Assembly: GCA_977017645.1 (NCBI GenBank) | Contig: OZ360224.1 | Location: forward strand, 20,150,001-20,214,000 | Direction of reading: 5' to 3' | Length of the DNA stretch: 64,000 bases | Source of the DNA: Torpedo marmorata | Lineage: Eukaryota | Shown: positions 38,904 through 51,289 of the stretch, in pieces | Numbering within the stretch: position 1 is the stretch's first letter | How the letters are laid out: the number at the start of each line of letters is the position of its first letter | Position numbers and translations under genes: made by a program | Notes under the pieces: model-generated | The model's input: only the letters and a program-made list of their open reading frames with translations | What the model was told of the DNA's origin: nothing | Databases searched by the model: none

Positions 38904-39147
38904 TAAAAAACACAAATGCTGGAGAAACTCAGCAGGTCAAACAGTGTCTTTTATGTAGCAAAGGTAGAAATACATAACCGACGTTTCGGGCTTGAGCCCT
39001 TCATCAAAGTATAGCTCAAGCCCGAAACATCGGTTATGTATTTCTACCTTTGCTACATAAAAGACACTGTTTGACCTGCTGAGTTTCTCCAGCATTTGTG
39101 TTTTTTACTTCAACCACGGTGTCTACAGATTTTCGTGTTTTACTTCT
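38904..39147. mobile_element. Penelope-derived palindromic mini-insertion
   Basis: Matches the Penelope 3' end at 58010-58152; arms of about 94 bp; 15-bp TSD caatatcattcgaaa. Confidence 0.9.
38973..39013 (-). ncRNA. Minimal type I hammerhead ribozyme motif
   Basis: TATACT TTGATGA A GGGC-TCAA-GCCC GAAA CGTC GGTTATG. Confidence 0.65.
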
Positions 39148-40100
39148 CAATATCATTCGAAAGTCTACTTCCAATTGGAGTTCCCCTTGTGTTTTAGTGC
39201 CTAAGCCTGATGGAACGGTTAGGTTTTGCACTGATTATAGGAAATTAAATGCTGTAACAAAGACAGATGCTTATCCTATTCCTAGAATAGACGATTGTAT
39301 AGATAAGGTGGAGAAGGCCAAATTTCTTACAAAAATTGACTTATTGAAAGGGTACTGGTGTGTTCCTTTTGACAAAAAGGGCTAGGGAGATTTCTGCATT
39401 CGTAACACCTTTTGGGCTGTATGAGTATAATGTTATGCCTTTTGGTATGAAGAATGCTCCAGGAACATTTCAGAGAAAGATTAATTCAGTAATTCAAGGG
39501 TTGAAAAACACAGGCGCTTACATTGATGATTTAATTGTAAGTAGTGAGACCTGGGAAGAGCATGTCTTTGAGCTAAAACAATTGTTCGAATGACTGTCTA
39601 AAGCAAATCTCACAGTTAATTTAAGTAAAAGTGAGTTTGGACATGCTACTGTTATTTATCTGGGTTATGTAGTAGGACAGGGGCAGTTGGCACCAGTAGA
39701 GGCAAAGGTTGTCACTATTTCCGAGTTCCCTGTTCCAACTGGTAAGAAAACTCTGAGGAGGTTCCAGGGAATGATTGGCTACTACCGCAAGTTCTGTAAA
39801 AACTTTGCTGATCTTGCGCTCCCTCTCACAAATTTGCTTAGAAAGAGAGAAAAATTTGTATGGTCGACAGGTTGTCAGGAAGCATTTGTCAAATTGAAAG
39901 CCATGTTATGCCACCAACCTGTGCTTAAGTCACCTAATTTAGAACAGCCGTTTTCTTTAGCCATGGATGCCAGCGATGAAGCTGTGGGTGCGGTGCTGTT
40001 ACAGAAGAAGAATGAAGAGGACATTGACCATCCGGTATCCTACTTCTCGAAGAAGTTCAATGATCATCAAAGGAATTATTCAACCAGAGAAAAAGAGTTG

Positions 40101-40207
40101 TAAAACACGAAAATCTGTAGACACCGTGGTTGAAGTAAAAAACACAAATGTTGTAGTATTGAGACATTGTTTGACCTGCTGAGTTTCTCCAGCATTTGTG
40201 TTTTTTA
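40101..40207. mobile_element. Penelope-derived mini-insertion (inverted pieces)
   Basis: Same terminal sequence family; TSD agaaaaagagttg (40088-40100 / 40210-40222). Confidence 0.85.
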
Positions 40208-43200
40208 ATAGAAAAAGAGTTGTTGGCTCTTTTGTTGGCTCTACAACACTGATGTTTATATCTGTACAGCTCAAAAACCATTCAAAGTGTATACTGACCA
40301 TAATCCATTGGTTTTTCTTTGTAAAATGAAAAATAAGAATCGACGGTTGTTGAATTGGAGTCTAATTTTGCAAGAATATGATTTGGTAATAACACATATA
40401 AAAGGGAAAGATAATGTAATTGCTGATTGTCTTTCTAGATGCTAAACTTTATAAATAAAAATAGTTCATATTTTGAGTTTGTGGATGAACATTGTGGGTT
40501 TTGTTTATATTATAACACCTCAATTTCAAAAATTTTGTTTTTGCAGACCAAAATTTTCTTTGTGGGTGGGAGGTGTTATGGACCATAACTGCCAGTTTGG
40601 ACTGTGGACGGTAAGCAGGAAGGATGAAGTCTTTTGGAGTACACACTGGGACCTGGTACTGAAAGAGTTAACTTGCCCAGGACTTCTTGTATTTACCAGA
40701 GAGAGACATCAGGGGGAGAAAAACTGTGGAAAGATACTTGGGTGTGGAACTTTTGAAGAAGGGAGCGAGAGAAAAGACTTTCTACAGTAAGGCCTGAAGT
40801 TCAGTTGTGGAAAACTGAATCAGTGGCAGTTTTGGAGTTGAAAAGGCAGGAGAACTCAGCAGGATCCAGGCTTGTGCATCCCAGAGAAGAAGTTGGGAGA
40901 ATAGTACAGAGTCTCTTGAATCAGAAAAGTCCAGGCTTGTGCATCCCAGGGGAATCGGCTGGGAGAAATACAAGGCCGGGTGATTCAGCAAAATCCTGAG
41001 TTGAGAGCAGCTTTTGTGAAGAACAGACTGTGAGATCCAAGTAGACTCCTTAATCCAAAACGGATCTGAATTTGCAATCCTTGTGAAAACACCAGAAGGG
41101 AAAGTCATCAGAAAAGAAAAGCAAGCCAAGTATTCGTAAGCATAAACAGTCATTGTCTCTCTCCAACGTTCATTAAGAAGTCCTGCTTGCCAGCACACAG
41201 AGCTGAATTTGGACCTTGAACATAGAGAGTGAATTTTTGTGGACTGTATTTTTGGGACTGACTTGTTTTTTTATGACTGACCTGGGGTTTTTGGGGAAAG
41301 TTTTTCCATTTTTACATGAGGGTTGGGCACAGACTGTAATGGTCTGGGCTTCACACACACACACACACCTTTTAGATAAGAATAGTGTTTATAGACGTTT
41401 ATAGTGGGTTTAATTGTTGTGAAATTATATGTTTAATTGTCTTTAATAAATATAAATTTCAATTTTACCCCTTTTGCATTGCGTCTTCTGTCGTTGCTGG
41501 TTTGAATTTGTAACAATAGATTGTGAAGAGACTCAAAAATCTCCTGCCTCTTAGCCGCCGGCACAAAAGGCCTAGGCCTTCCTGTGGAAAAATCTCAGAC
41601 TAACTTTTCACCCGATTCATCCAGGGTCACATCTTGAAGATGGAGACCAGAGTTGATCCGGCGATACCGGATGAGATCGGGATCAGTGTGCTGTGCACGA
41701 GCCATGGCAGTGAAATCGATGGCAGTAGTTGTATGTAAGGCGTCAATGTCGTGCCTAGATGGGGCGTTGGCCACGGCATTCACTTTTGCTCAGATGTGCC
41801 GTATGTCCGATGAAAATTTTTAGATGAAGTCCAAGTGCTGAATCTCTCTAGGCGAGTAGAGATGTGTGCTTGTACTCGCGTTATGCATAAGAGGCTAGTG
41901 GTCTGTATAAATGGTGAAAGGACGTCCTTCCAATAAAAAGCAGAAATGTTTCATGCGAGATAGATGGCCAAGAGTTCTCGACGAAACGTGCTATATTTTG
42001 CCTGAGCCAGTGACAGCTTGGCTGAAAAAAACGCCAGAGGTTCCAATTGCCCCCAGACTTGTTGTTCTAACAGTGCTCCCACAGCACTGACGGAGGCATC
42101 TGTGGTAAGAGAGAGCAAGGCGTTGGGCTTTTGATGTACAAGCATCATGGCATTTGCAAGCGCAATCTTCACATCATTGAAAGCACGCACGGCATCGTCT
42201 CCCAAAGTTAATGGTCTTTTGGACATGGATATCGGATCCTTTTAGTAATTCACTAAGGGGTTTTTGAGATGCTGCAGCATTTGGCAGGAATTGGCGATAA
42301 AAATTCATCATGCCTAAAAAACGTCACAACTGGCCAAACATAACGGGTGTAGGAAATTCTCGAATCTCTCACACTTTCGATTCATCGGGCAAAATACCAT
42401 GTTGTGTAACTCTATGTACCAAATATATAAGATCAGCAGCACCAAAAACGCATTTACTGGGATTGATCACAATGCCAAACTCATCAAGCCTCTGAAACAA
42501 TGAGATAAGGTGGCGCTTGTGCTCCTCTTCATCTACGCTCGCGACCAGAATATCGTCGATGTAACCAAACACAAAATCGAGGCCAGTGAGTACGTGGTCC
42601 ATAAACCGCTGGAATGTCTGAGCTGCATTCCGTAGACAGAATGGCATTCACAGAAACTCAAACCTGCATAGTCAGTGCTGCCATTTGCTGCTCCAACTCA
42701 GTTATCTTCGATTGAGAAGGTGCTGGTGCTATCTTCGATTGAGAAGGTGCCGGCGCTTCCTTCGATGGATAAGATGCTGGCGCTTCACAGGGCGCAATAA
42801 GCAGTTGTTCCAGTTCCATTTGCTCCTGTTGACAAGGGGAAGAAGCCAATCCTTCTATATTCAATGCGGAGGTCGTGGACATAATGAGGTCGGCATGATC
42901 CGTCAACTGATCGAAGGTGGACATTCGAAAAACACTCACCAAATGCTCTTGAACATGACGAGGTAAACATCGAAGGAACCTCTGTTTCCAAAAATTGCCT
43001 TTGACAGGGTCTGTTCCAGCTAGCCTTTGCCACCTCCTCAACATCTGTGACAGATACCTATTGCCTAGGCTGTCATCAGTGAGTAATTGAGCAATACAAG
43101 TCTCCCTAGATGGCTGAGCACGCCGCAGAATAGCCGCCTTAAGCATGTCGTATGGGAGATTACCATCTGGATCCATTAAGACATCCTCCACTACACAGGC

Positions 43201-43559
43201 AATACACAGGCAATCTGCTCTGGAAGACGCTCTGCAAGTAAACCGTACTTCGTCTTCTGATTCATCACACTGAGGGCAAAGAAGCGCACTTCGAGGATCG
43301 TGAACCATGCTGGTGCATTATTAATAAAAAAGGGGGGGAATCTTTAGTTTAACCTCCCCAACTGCTCCTGTAAGGGGTTTATCCTCATCACTATCCATTT
43401 TAAATTAGAAGGTACAGGTTGTACCTCTTTAATCCGGCGAAATTGGGACCTGGCCATTGCCGGACCACAAAAAATGCCGTAAAACAGAATTTGACCCCTA
43501 AGGGAACCCCCAATGTAAACATATCAAAGGTAGAACAAAGCTTAAAACAGGAAATAATA

Positions 43560-44700
43560 CTTTTTCTTTTTAAAATATTTTTATTGAGTTTAACATATAA
43601 ACTTGTATACAAAAAATTTGGAGAACACATAAGTCATCTCATATATATACAAATACAAAAGAAAAAAAACAGATGGAACTATGTTGACCAGTTCGTGGAT
43701 CCACATGAGAGACAAGTTATGAATATAGTATAAAGATCATGTTAAAACCCATATTACAAATTATTCAAACTAAAAATAAAGGATATAAAAAGAAAAAAAA
43801 AAGAAACCAAACAAACAAAAAAAACCTAGAAACTAAATCTAATCTAACCCCTCCCTCTAATCAAAGTTACCTTTATAAGAAAAAAGAAAAATATGGATCA
43901 GATAGTGACCTCTAGACATCGGGCAGAGAATCCTCGGAACATTCAAAATTGTTAATTCTTCCAATCATGATAGCATTCTATGAATGGGCCCCACATCTTT
44001 AGAAATTGAAACTTTCTATCTTTGATATTGTATCTAATTTTCTCCAAACTCAAATAGGACATTACATCCTGTAACCACTGTATATGGGTAGGTGAAGAAT
44101 CATCTTTCCATTTCAATAAAATTGCTCGTCTGGCTATCAACGTGGAAAAGGGTAAAACTTTCTCCTGAGATGCAGACAGAAGTAAATCTGGTTCACGTGA
44201 AAAACCACACAAAGCAATTATCGGACATGGTTCTATTTTAATCTTGAAAATCATCGATAAAGTTTGGAAAATATCTTTCCAAAATCTCTCTAAATTTGGG
44301 CATTCCCAAAACATATGAATCAGTGAGGCTTCAAAAATTTTACACTTCTCACATAGTGGATCAATATCTGCATAAAATCGAGATAATTTAAGTTTGGACA
44401 TATGGATTCTATGTACCACCTTAAATTGTAATTAGCAATGCCTTGCACAAAATGAAGAGGTGTTAATCAAGCTAAGAGTAAAAATACCAATCTTCATCTG
44501 AAAATGTTATTTTCAAATCACGTTCCCAATCGTTCTTAATTCCAGCCACAGAGGCTGATCTTATATCCAATAAATCATTATAAATGCATGATGTTAATCC
44601 ATGATGAAAAAAAAACGTAAATTAAAAAGTAAATCGAGAATATTAGTATTTGAGATTCGAGGAAAATCAGAAAGCTTGGATTGAAAAAAATGTCTAATTT
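43560..44700 (-). mobile_element. 5'-truncated L1-clade LINE
   Basis: ORF2 C-terminal zinc knuckle CEKC..HMFWEC; T-rich 3' UTR; aataaa plus A-rich tail near 43560-43586. Confidence 0.85.
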
Positions 44701-47700
44701 TGTCTGACCCCTGAGGTCAGACTCACTCCATCTGATGCCTGAGGTTAGACTCACTCCGTCTGACCCTTGAGGTCAGACTCACACCGTCTGACCCCTGAGG
44801 TCAGTCTCACGCTGTCTGACCTCTGAGATAAAACTCACACTGTTTGACCACTCAGATCGGACTCACACCATCTTCCCCATGAGATCAGACTCGCACTGTC
44901 TGACACTGAGATCAGACTCACAATATCTAACCATGAGATCTGACTCTCACTGTCTGACCACTGAGATCAAACTTACAATGTCTCACCCTTGAGATCAGAC
45001 TCACACTGTTTGACCACTCAGATCAGACTCACACCATCTTCCCCATGAGATCAGACTCACACTGTCCGACAGTGAGATCAGAATCATAATATCTGACCGC
45101 TGAGGTCAGACTCACACAGTCTGACCATAAGATCGGACTCACACCTTCTTTCACCTGAGATCAGACTCACACTGTCCGACTGTGAGATCAAAGACACACT
45201 GACTGACCCAGAGATCAGACTCACAATGACTGACCCTGAGACCACACTCACTGTTTGAACCGGAGACCAGACTCTCAATGTTTGATGCTGAGACCAGACT
45301 CACACCGTCTACCACCTGTGATCAGACTCACACAGTTTGACCCTGAGACTAGACTCACACTGTCTGACCTTCAAAAAAGAGTAACACTGTCTGATCCCTG
45401 AGATCAGACTCACACTATGTGATCCCAGTGATCGGACTCACATTGTCTGACCCTGAGATCAGACTCATACTGTCTGACCCCGGAGACGAGACTCACACTA
45501 TCTCACCCCTGAGACCAGACTCATACCATCTGATCCATCAGGTCAGACTCACACTGTATGACCCTTGAGGTCAGACTCACACCATCTTACCTCTGAGGTC
45601 CGTCTCACACTATCTCACCCTTGAGATCAGATTCACACTGTCTTACCGCTGATACCAGAAACACACTGTATGCCCACTGAGATCGGATTCACACAGTTTG
45701 ATCACTAAGATCAGGATCATAATATCTGACCCCTGTGGTCAGACTCGCATTGTCTGACACTGAGATCAGACTCACGCTGTCTGACCATGGTATCACAGAC
45801 ACACTGTATGACCCTGAGATCAGACTCACATGGTCTGACCCCTGAGATCAGACTCACATTGTGACTCCTGAGACCAGACTCTCGCTGTCTGATCCCTGAG
45901 ATCAGACTAGCACTCTATGATCCTGAGACCAGTCAGTGTCTGACCCTTGAGATCAGACTCACATGGTGTGATCCGTGAGCTCAGATTCGCACTGTCTGAC
46001 CCCTGAGGTCAGACTCAAATTGTATGACAACGAAAATCAGACTCACAATGTCTGACCTGGGACCAGACATAGTGTCTAACTCCTGAGATCAGACACAGTG
46101 TCTGACCCTAAGACCACACTCACTGTTTGACCCTGAAACCAGACTCTCAATGATCAGAATCACACCGTCTGGCTCTGACATAAAACTCACACCGTCTGAA
46201 CCCAGAAATCAGACACCTGAGGAGAGACACACTGTCTGATGCCTGAGACCAGACAGTGTCTGATTCCTGAGATCACACTCTCAGGGGTCTGACCCTGCAA
46301 CCAGATTCACACCGTCTCACCACTAAGATCAGACTCACAGTCTTACCCCTGAGACTAGACTCAATCCGTCTGACCCATGAGACCAGATTCATTCCATCTG
46401 ACCCTGAGATCAGACTTGCACAGTCTGACCCCTGAGACCAGACTCTCACTGTCTGACCCTGAGACCAGACTCACACTGTCTGACCCCTGAGACCAGACTC
46501 ACACTGTCTGACCCCTGAGACCAGACTCTCACAGTCTGACCCTGAGACCAGACTCTCACTGTCTGACCCTGAGACCAGACTCACACTGTCTGACCCTGAG
46601 ACCAGACTCACACTGTCTGACCCTGAGATCTGATTCTCACTGTTTGCCCCTATCAGACTCACACTGTCTGACCCTCAAGATCAGACTCACACTGTCTGAC
46701 CCTGAGACCAGACTCACACTGTCTGACCCTGAGATCTGATTCTCACTGTTTGCCCCTATCAGACTCACACTGTCTGACCCTGAGATCAGTCACAGAGTCT
46801 GATCACTGAGATCAGAATCACATTGTCTGACCCTGAAACCAAACTGTCAATGTTTGATCCCTGAGATCACACTCACTCCTTCTGACCCCTGATATCAGAC
46901 TCACAAGGTTAGACGCCTGAGACCAGACTCACACCGTTTGATGCCTGAGTTCAGACTCACACCTTCTGATGACTGAGACCAGACTCGAACCGTCTGACCC
47001 CTGAGGCCAGACTCACACATTGTCACGCCTAATGTCAAACTCACAACATCTGACCCCTGAGGTTAGACTCACACCATCTGATCCCTGAGATAAAACTCAC
47101 ACCATTTGACCCTGAGACAAAACTCATACTGTCTGACCCTGAGAAAAGACTCGCACTGTCTGACACTGAGATTAGACTCACAATATCTGACCACGAGATC
47201 TGACTCTCATTGTCTGACCATTGAGATCAAACTCACAATTTCTCACCCTTGAGAACAGAATCATACTGTCTGACCCCTTAGATCAGACTCACACAGTCTG
47301 ACCATGAGATCAGACTCACACCGTTTGTCCCTGAGACAAGACTCACCTGTCTGACCTTGATAAAAGATTAACACTGTCTGATCCCTGTGATCGGACTCAC
47401 ATTGTCTGACCACTGAGATCAGATTAACACTGTTCGACCACTGAGATCACACTCACACTGTCTGTAACCTCAGATCAGATTCACACTGTCTGACACTGAG
47501 ATCAGACTCACAGTGTCTCACCCCTGAGACCAGACTGACACTGTTTGACCGCTCAGATCAGACTCACACTCTCTGATCCTTAGACCAGATACTAGGTCTG
47601 ACCACTGAGATCAGACTCACACTCTCTGACCCTGGAGACTAGACTCACACTCTAACATCTGAGACCAAACTCACACCATCTGACCCCTGAGATCACACTC

Positions 47701-47970
47701 ACACTGTCTGACCCCTGAGATCAGACTCACACTGTGACCCCTGAAACCAGACCCTCGCTGTCTGACCCCTAATATCTGACTAACATTCCATGACCCTGAG
47801 ACCAGTCGTGGTCTGACCCCTGAGACCAGACTCACGTGGTCTGACCCCTGAGGTCAGACTCACTCTGTTTGACCCCTGAAACCAGACTTACACTGTCTGT
47901 CTCTGAGACCAGTCACAGTGTCTGACCCATGAGATCAGTTTCACACTGTCTGACCCTGAAACTAGACAGT
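44701..47970. repeat. 27/28-bp satellite, block 4
   Basis: Same unit and orientation; shares variant blocks with blocks 1-2. Confidence 0.96.
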
Positions 47971-47984
47971 GAACCTTAAATTAA

Positions 47985-49245
47985 AAAGACACTGAAAAAC
48001 TGGTCTTTTCAGCATCCATAGGAGACAAAGATATATTGCCGACGTTTCAGGCCTGAGCCCTTCTTCAAGGAATAAGCAGAATGAACCAGAAGCAGGAAAT
48101 CTCAGAAAGTCTCAGAATTCAAACCATTGCTGGCTGGGGGAGGAATCCAGACCAACAGTTGTTAATTGGATATGGTAAGGGACGAGGTAAGAATTTATCA
48201 TGTTTGTGCGAAAGGAGACGGAATGGAGATATAGAGCTGGGGAAGGTGATGGAGGAAGAAGTGAGGGAGGGGTTTAACGAAAGCCATAGAAGTCAATATT
48301 TATGCCATCCAGTTGGAGGGTGCCCAATCGGAAGATGAGGTGTTGTTCCTCCAATTTGCGGGTGGTCTCATTCTGGCAGTGAATGAGACCATGGACAGAC
48401 ATGTCAGCAAGAGAATGGGATGGGGAACTGAAATGGTTGGCCACTGGGAAATCCACGCTATTGCAGCGGACAGAGCCAAGGTGCTTAACAAAGCGATCTC
48501 CCAGTCTGTGTCCAGTCTCTCCGAAGTAGAGGAGACCACAGTGGGAGCACCGGATGCAGTAGATGACCGCTGCAGATTTACAAGTGAAATGTTGCTTCAC
48601 TTGGAAGGACTGTTTGGGGCCCTGAATGGTTTCGAGGGAGGAGGTGTGGGCGCAAGTGGAGCATTTCCTGTGGTCACAGGGGTAGGTCCCAAGGGGACGA
48701 TTGATGGGGAGGGAGGAGTTGGCAAGGGAGTCATGGATGGAGAGGGGATGAGAGGGGAATATGTGTCCAGTGGTGGGATCATGTAGTAGGTGGCAGAAAT
48801 GGCAGAGGAGGATGCATTGGGTGCGGAGGCTGGTGGAATGGTAGGTGAGGACAAGAGGAATCCTGTCCTTGTTGCGCGTGGGGGCGGAGGGGGCCAGGGC
48901 AGATGTGCGGGTAATGGAGGATATGCGGGTGAGCGCCGAGTTGATGGTGGTAGAGGAAAAGCCGCGTTGTTTGAAGAAGGAGGACATCTCTGATGATCTG
49001 GCATGGAAGTCCTCATCCTGGGTGCAGATGCGACGGAGACAGAGCAATTGAGAGAACGGAATGGAATCCTTACAGGGGACAGGGTGGGAAGAGGTGTAGT
49101 CGAGGTAGCTGTGGGAGTTGGTGGGTTTGTAGAAGATGTCTGTCGAGAGTTTGTCTCCTGAGATGGAGACAGAGAGATCGAGGAAAGGAAGAGTGTTGCT
49201 AGAGATGGACCAAGTGAATTTGAGGTCGGGGTGGAAGTTGAATCT
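47985..49245 (-). mobile_element. 5'-truncated Penelope-like element
   Basis: RT thumb FLDLSV..FYKPT..YLDYTSSHP; GIY-YIG VIYCIRC..YFGET..LGDRF; GIN motif. Confidence 0.92.
48034..48074 (-). ncRNA. Minimal type I hammerhead ribozyme motif
   Basis: TATTCC TTGAAGA A GGGC-TCAG-GCCT GAAA CGTC GGCAATA. Confidence 0.65.
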
Positions 49246-50249
49246 TAAAGGGTGCATTAAATTGTCATGGTAGCAGCATGTCAATCACTGTTTCTTATGT
49301 GTGGCCGTCACTCCAAACTTGGGGGCCAATGAAAGGGCATTATGCATTATGAAATTATACTGCCTGGGTCAGGTTTTGCCCAGAGTTCAATTACAAGAAA
49401 AGGATCACAGATGAAGGTGCATTTAGGTTTTGGGATTAGGTTCCCAATCAGGAAGTGGCAGGTTGTTGCTGAGTCAGAATGCCACCACAGAGGAGAATTT
49501 ATCAATTAATAGCAAATGGTTGGATGAAGTGAGGGATGGAGACTGGCTTCCATAATGAGCTTTGGAGAATAAGGAGATTGTAGGATTGCAGATGTCAACC
49601 AAGTTGCAAGTTATGTGTCATGGGTGATCCAAGGGGTCAGTGCTAGTTGAGGGACCTGTTCCAGTCACGGGATTGGGATTGTCGAACAGACGATTATGTT
49701 GGGTGAAGGTTGGAGGGTGGGTTGAATGGAGGGAAATGGAGGGTCAGAATTGTTCAGACAAATAGTCATTATTGCATTTAAATTTAAAAGAAGGACATTT
49801 TAATCACATAATACTGAAATGAATCGTTCAATTTGATCTCATTTCTAGATGTATTTCTTTTCTCCCAATCAAATATTAAGCCATTCCATTTTACATACAG
49901 CTTACAAATAGACTGTTCGCTCTTACTGATCCATACCTGCATTTATGCTCCTCAAGGGACTTCACCTTCACCTCTTCAACCCACAATGGCAGAACTTCTG
50001 ATTCATTTCTCCTCGTAGAATTAAGGAACTTTCATTCAAGAATATCTGGGATATTTTCATCAAGTTTGCCTCTGATGAATTCAAAGGACTTCCCCACTGT
50101 ATCACTCTGTAGTTTCTTGAGTCTCTATCTTTTCATTCTTAAATATTTGGGTGAAGTTTTGGATTTTATTATTCGTTGGCTGAATTTTTGAATCGAGAGT
50201 TCTTCGATAAATTATTTGGCAAATATAACAAATTTTGTTGAAACGTATT

Positions 50250-51230
50250 TATTTCAAAGTTCAAAGTTCAAATTAATGGCCAGAATACAAATATACAACC
50301 CTGAGATTCTTTTTCCTGCGGCCAGGCAGAATATTTACTTATTGGTAACTGTAAACTGTACTCAAAAAGAAAGATATGTATACACAAGAGAGAAATGTAA
50401 ACAAAGAACGAAACCGACAGTGCAATAGAGAAAAAATAAATATTCAGTAATAAATGAAGTGCAAAGTTAGAGTTGTCGAATGAGTCTCTGATGGACTCTA
50501 TTGTTTAGGAGTCTGATGTTTGAGAAGCAGTAACTGTTCCTGAAGCTGGTGGTACGAGTCCTGTGGCACCTATACCTCTTTCCTGATGGCAGCAGTGAGA
50601 ACAGGCCATGTCCTGGGTGGTGTGGATCCTTGATGATTGCTGCCTCTTTCTGACAGCAGTGTTCTATGCAGATGTTCTCGATAGTGGAGAGAGTTTTGCC
50701 TGTGTCAACTACCTTTTGCAGGCTTTACACTCAGAGGTATTGGCGCCCCCACACCAGTCAGCACACTTTCAACTTCACATATGTAGAGGTTTACCAAGGT
50801 TTCCGATGACATACCGAATCTCTGCAAACTCCTGAGGAAGTAGAGTCACTGACGTACTATCTTCAAGGTGACATTAGTATGTTGGGTCCAGGAAAGATCT
50901 TCCGAGATAGTGACTCCCAGAAATTTAAATTTGCTCACTCTCTCCACCTCTGATCCCCTGTTGATTACTGGATTGTACACCTCTGGTTTTTCTTTCCTAA
51001 GGTCTACATTCAGCTCATTGGTTTTGGTGACATAGAGTGAGAGGTTGTTGTTAGTACACCATTCAGCCAAGTTTTCAATCACCCTCCTGTATGCTGACTC
51101 ATCGACCCTTTTTTATACAACCCACTACCATGGTATTATCAGCAAATTTGTAAATGGTGCTGTTGTCGTACCAAGCCACACAGTCATAGGTGTAAAGTGA
51201 GCAGAGCAGGGGGCTAAGTACGCAACCCTC
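50250..51230 (-). mobile_element. Degenerate Rex1/Babar-type LINE
   Basis: ENLAEWCTNNNL..FKFLGVTISEDLSW; (ttgaact)n-like tail. Confidence 0.8.
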
Positions 51231-51289
51231 TATTCATCGTTACAGAAAATGCAAACCATCAAGTCCAAGAGATTTATCTTAAATCACAT

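Larger units (their letters stand above)
34364..41515 (+). mobile_element. Full-length Gmr1-type Gypsy (gag-PR-IN-RT-RH)
   Basis: LTRs 34364-35300 and 40574-41515; TSD atag; CCHC; LRDTGA; IN (DCVG/SDQG/LERF) at 37.5-38.5 kb precedes RT (YIDD) at 39.2-39.7 kb and RH; many stops. Confidence 0.95.
34138..43400 (-). mobile_element. Older degenerate CsRn1-like Gypsy, split in its integrase by the Gmr1-type element
   Basis: gag 42658-43308; RT YIDD 42369-42647; RH 41951-42226; IN reads EIFESLHNL | SHPGRRAS..CLPCQSSKV across the 34364-41515 insertion. Confidence 0.8.

Noticed and set aside
43412-43540. Possible mariner-type TIR (ta-caggttgtacctctttaatccggc)
   Set aside because: No matching second TIR found.
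19088-46662. ORFs with SDSVSLISG / VRQCES repeats
   Set aside because: These are translations of the 27/28-bp satellite, with constant frame switching.
17990-47970. CRISPR-like array of palindromic 28-bp repeats
   Set aside because: Units are head-to-tail with no unique spacers, there are no cas genes, and the context is eukaryotic.
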